From an uncultured Chthonomonadaceae bacterium (GTDB lineage Bacteria > Armatimonadota > Chthonomonadetes > Chthonomonadales > Chthonomonadaceae): DNA of 64,000 nt. The DNA lies in the NCBI GenBank assembly GCA_963835065.1, contig CAWIEK010000022.1, positions 40,912 to 104,911 on the forward strand. The letters are read 5' to 3'. Positions 62,401-64,000 of this stretch are shown here, piece after piece. The notes under the pieces were generated by a model. The model searched no databases. It was given only the letters and a program-made list of their open reading frames with translations, and had not been told where the DNA came from. Each line of letters begins with the position of its first letter. The first letter of the stretch is position 1. A program made the translations under genes and the position numbers.

Positions 62401-63659
62401 CGCGCCGGAGAAAGTATGTTTGGAGTGTTTTGGTGCCACAGGAAGAATGTTGTTAACCACTTGTTCAACATACAATTCGCTGAAGAGTTCCTCAAGCCTC
62501 TGCCACAAAGCCGTGTAGTTCTTGAAGATATAAATGTTTCTGCGTTGAGTAATGTATTCCAGGCGGTCCTTCGCCGTGTTACCGGAGACGGGCGTGTTAA
62601 TCAGATGTTTTTTTGCTGCCGGATGCACCCAGTCCAGACGGTCGTTTAAATAATTGCGTATCAGCGTGGGCGGTGTCAGCCTGCTATTTTCGTAAATTTG
62701 AGCATCAGTAATGTCTTTGTGCCTTTGCGTTGCGGCCTCATCCGGCGGCGGCAAATGTTTGGCGCTCGGGTTCATAGAGGAGTTCGGTGGCGTACCGCTG
62801 TTATCTGTGCTGTTGGCATAGTACTGCTGCTTGTAATAGCTGTTCGACAGGGCAATTTCGGAGGCATAGCGATAGAACCGCCCGCGATGAGCGTAATCGG
62901 CGCCATGAAGTGTTTTCAGAAGCGCAAACGCTTTTTCTTTGTCACGGTTTTCTTTGTCATGGTTGACAAAATGTGGAATGCTTTTGTCGTCCAGATTGGC
63001 GACATCTTCAGCGAATTGCTTCCCGGATGATATGGCAGCGACAACTGCAATGAAGATTAATCCGATTATGATTTTACGCTCCGATTTTCTCGGAGCGAAA
63101 CTGGGGCTTTGCGTGGCTGTATTCCTGCGGGCGAACATAATCCAGGCCGAGATGAGAGTAACCATCACAAACAAAGGGATGTAGACGGATATGCCGGGCG
63201 TGTTATCTTTGGCCTCAATAAAGGGACCGCCTTTGGCAAGCAGAAGCGCCGCCATGCAAAACAGCGCCATCATTCCCACTCCCCATTCCGCGCGCTTTCG
63301 GAACCAGGCGAGGACAGCGCCCGTTGTGGTAAGAAAGGCAATGCCGCACACTTCTGCAATAAAATTTTGGTCCTGTTGGCAGTTGGGATTACCCGATACG
63401 AGCAGAGCGTCGGCAATGATGCTGCCAAAGAGGCCGAACACAGTAGTGTAATGGATAAGTCACAGCGCAGGCTGCGCGTATGTGGATTTCCGCGGGCCGG
63501 CCCCGGTGCTTGATGAGACTTGTTCGGGCTTTGCAGCGTCAGCAGCAGCCGGTGTTTTACCCTGTAAGCGATCCATCAGGCGAGGACCGAGAGCGGATAT
63601 CCAGGGAGACAAACGGCGCCGACAGCAGCCAAAACCTGGGCAAATTCTGTGGTAGTCAT
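59415..63659 (-). CDS. Large multi-TM protein with P-loop NTPase (KAP-like), probably one gene fragmented by frameshifts; boundaries approximate
   Basis: Chain of same-strand overlapping ORFs; IAVVGRRGVGK Walker A near 61160, TM helices, then VFAFYELDK Walker-B-like motif near 60180. Confidence 0.5.
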
Positions 63660-63936
63660 GATCGTTAGCCTTGTTCTGCCTGTTTATTGATGCGAGGAAA
63701 TACTATGAAGAGGATTTTGTTTTTCTATTATCCAATCAACAGTATAGCACATACTATCCATTTGGAAACTTTTTTATTTAACAGTCCCTGCTGAATGAAG
63801 ATATACTCAATTGACAGAACGGTTACGCTTTGCGTTATAAGGCTGCCGGAAGAACACATGCCTGAGGCGCAGCAAGCGGCGATTATTCGATGGAACGCCG
63901 TCGTGATAGTGGCCTGAGTTGAAATTTAAGACAACA

Positions 63937-63967
63937 AAAATCCCTGCTGTATCACAGCAGGGATTTT
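63937..63967. terminator. Bidirectional intrinsic terminator
   Basis: AAAATCCCTGCTGT-ATC-ACAGCAGGGATTTT. Confidence 0.85.
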
Positions 63968-64000
63968 AACGGCTGCTATCAGAGCATCGTTACGCCGGCA

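Noticed and set aside
1..64000. Prophage, integron, retron or diversity-generating retroelement
   Set aside because: No integrase, transposase, reverse transcriptase or phage structural gene was recognisable in any frame.

Overview
A GC-rich bacterial chromosomal segment. The gene mix (DUF1501/DUF1553 pair, hpnI, larB/larE, ECF sigma-anti-sigma-HtrA) suggests an Armatimonadota- or PVC-like organism; this is inference only. Many otherwise intact genes carry single-base frameshifts, most simply explained by an unpolished long-read assembly, so frame breaks are not treated as biology. The backbone includes two tRNAs at the left edge, amt, proA/proB, aroF/tyrA, clpP, larB/larE and glycoside hydrolases. 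Five things stand out. (1) Dispersed 7/8/9-mer tandem-repeat elements lie between genes and are also inserted in frame inside unrelated enzymes (proB twice, larB, hpnI, a DUF1553 protein). The proB and larB inserts share module order and peptide. (2) An orphan non-canonical tRNA-Ser(UGA) folds best as an 8/4 cloverleaf, sits in a longer flanking helix, and lies in a 1.45-kb segment bounded by 46-bp direct repeats. (3) An AT-richer operon joins an ammonium transporter to an EAD9-like/TM/solute-binding protein, Trypco1 and a trypsin-EAD9-like protease. (4) A defence-like cluster holds type III R-M, membrane-anchored ankyrins and a NACHT-LRR gene bracketed by ~140-bp direct repeats. (5) An HtrA has lost two catalytic residues, and a clpP lies in an ArsR-SRPBCC operon. 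No CRISPR array, integrase, transposase or reverse transcriptase was recognised.
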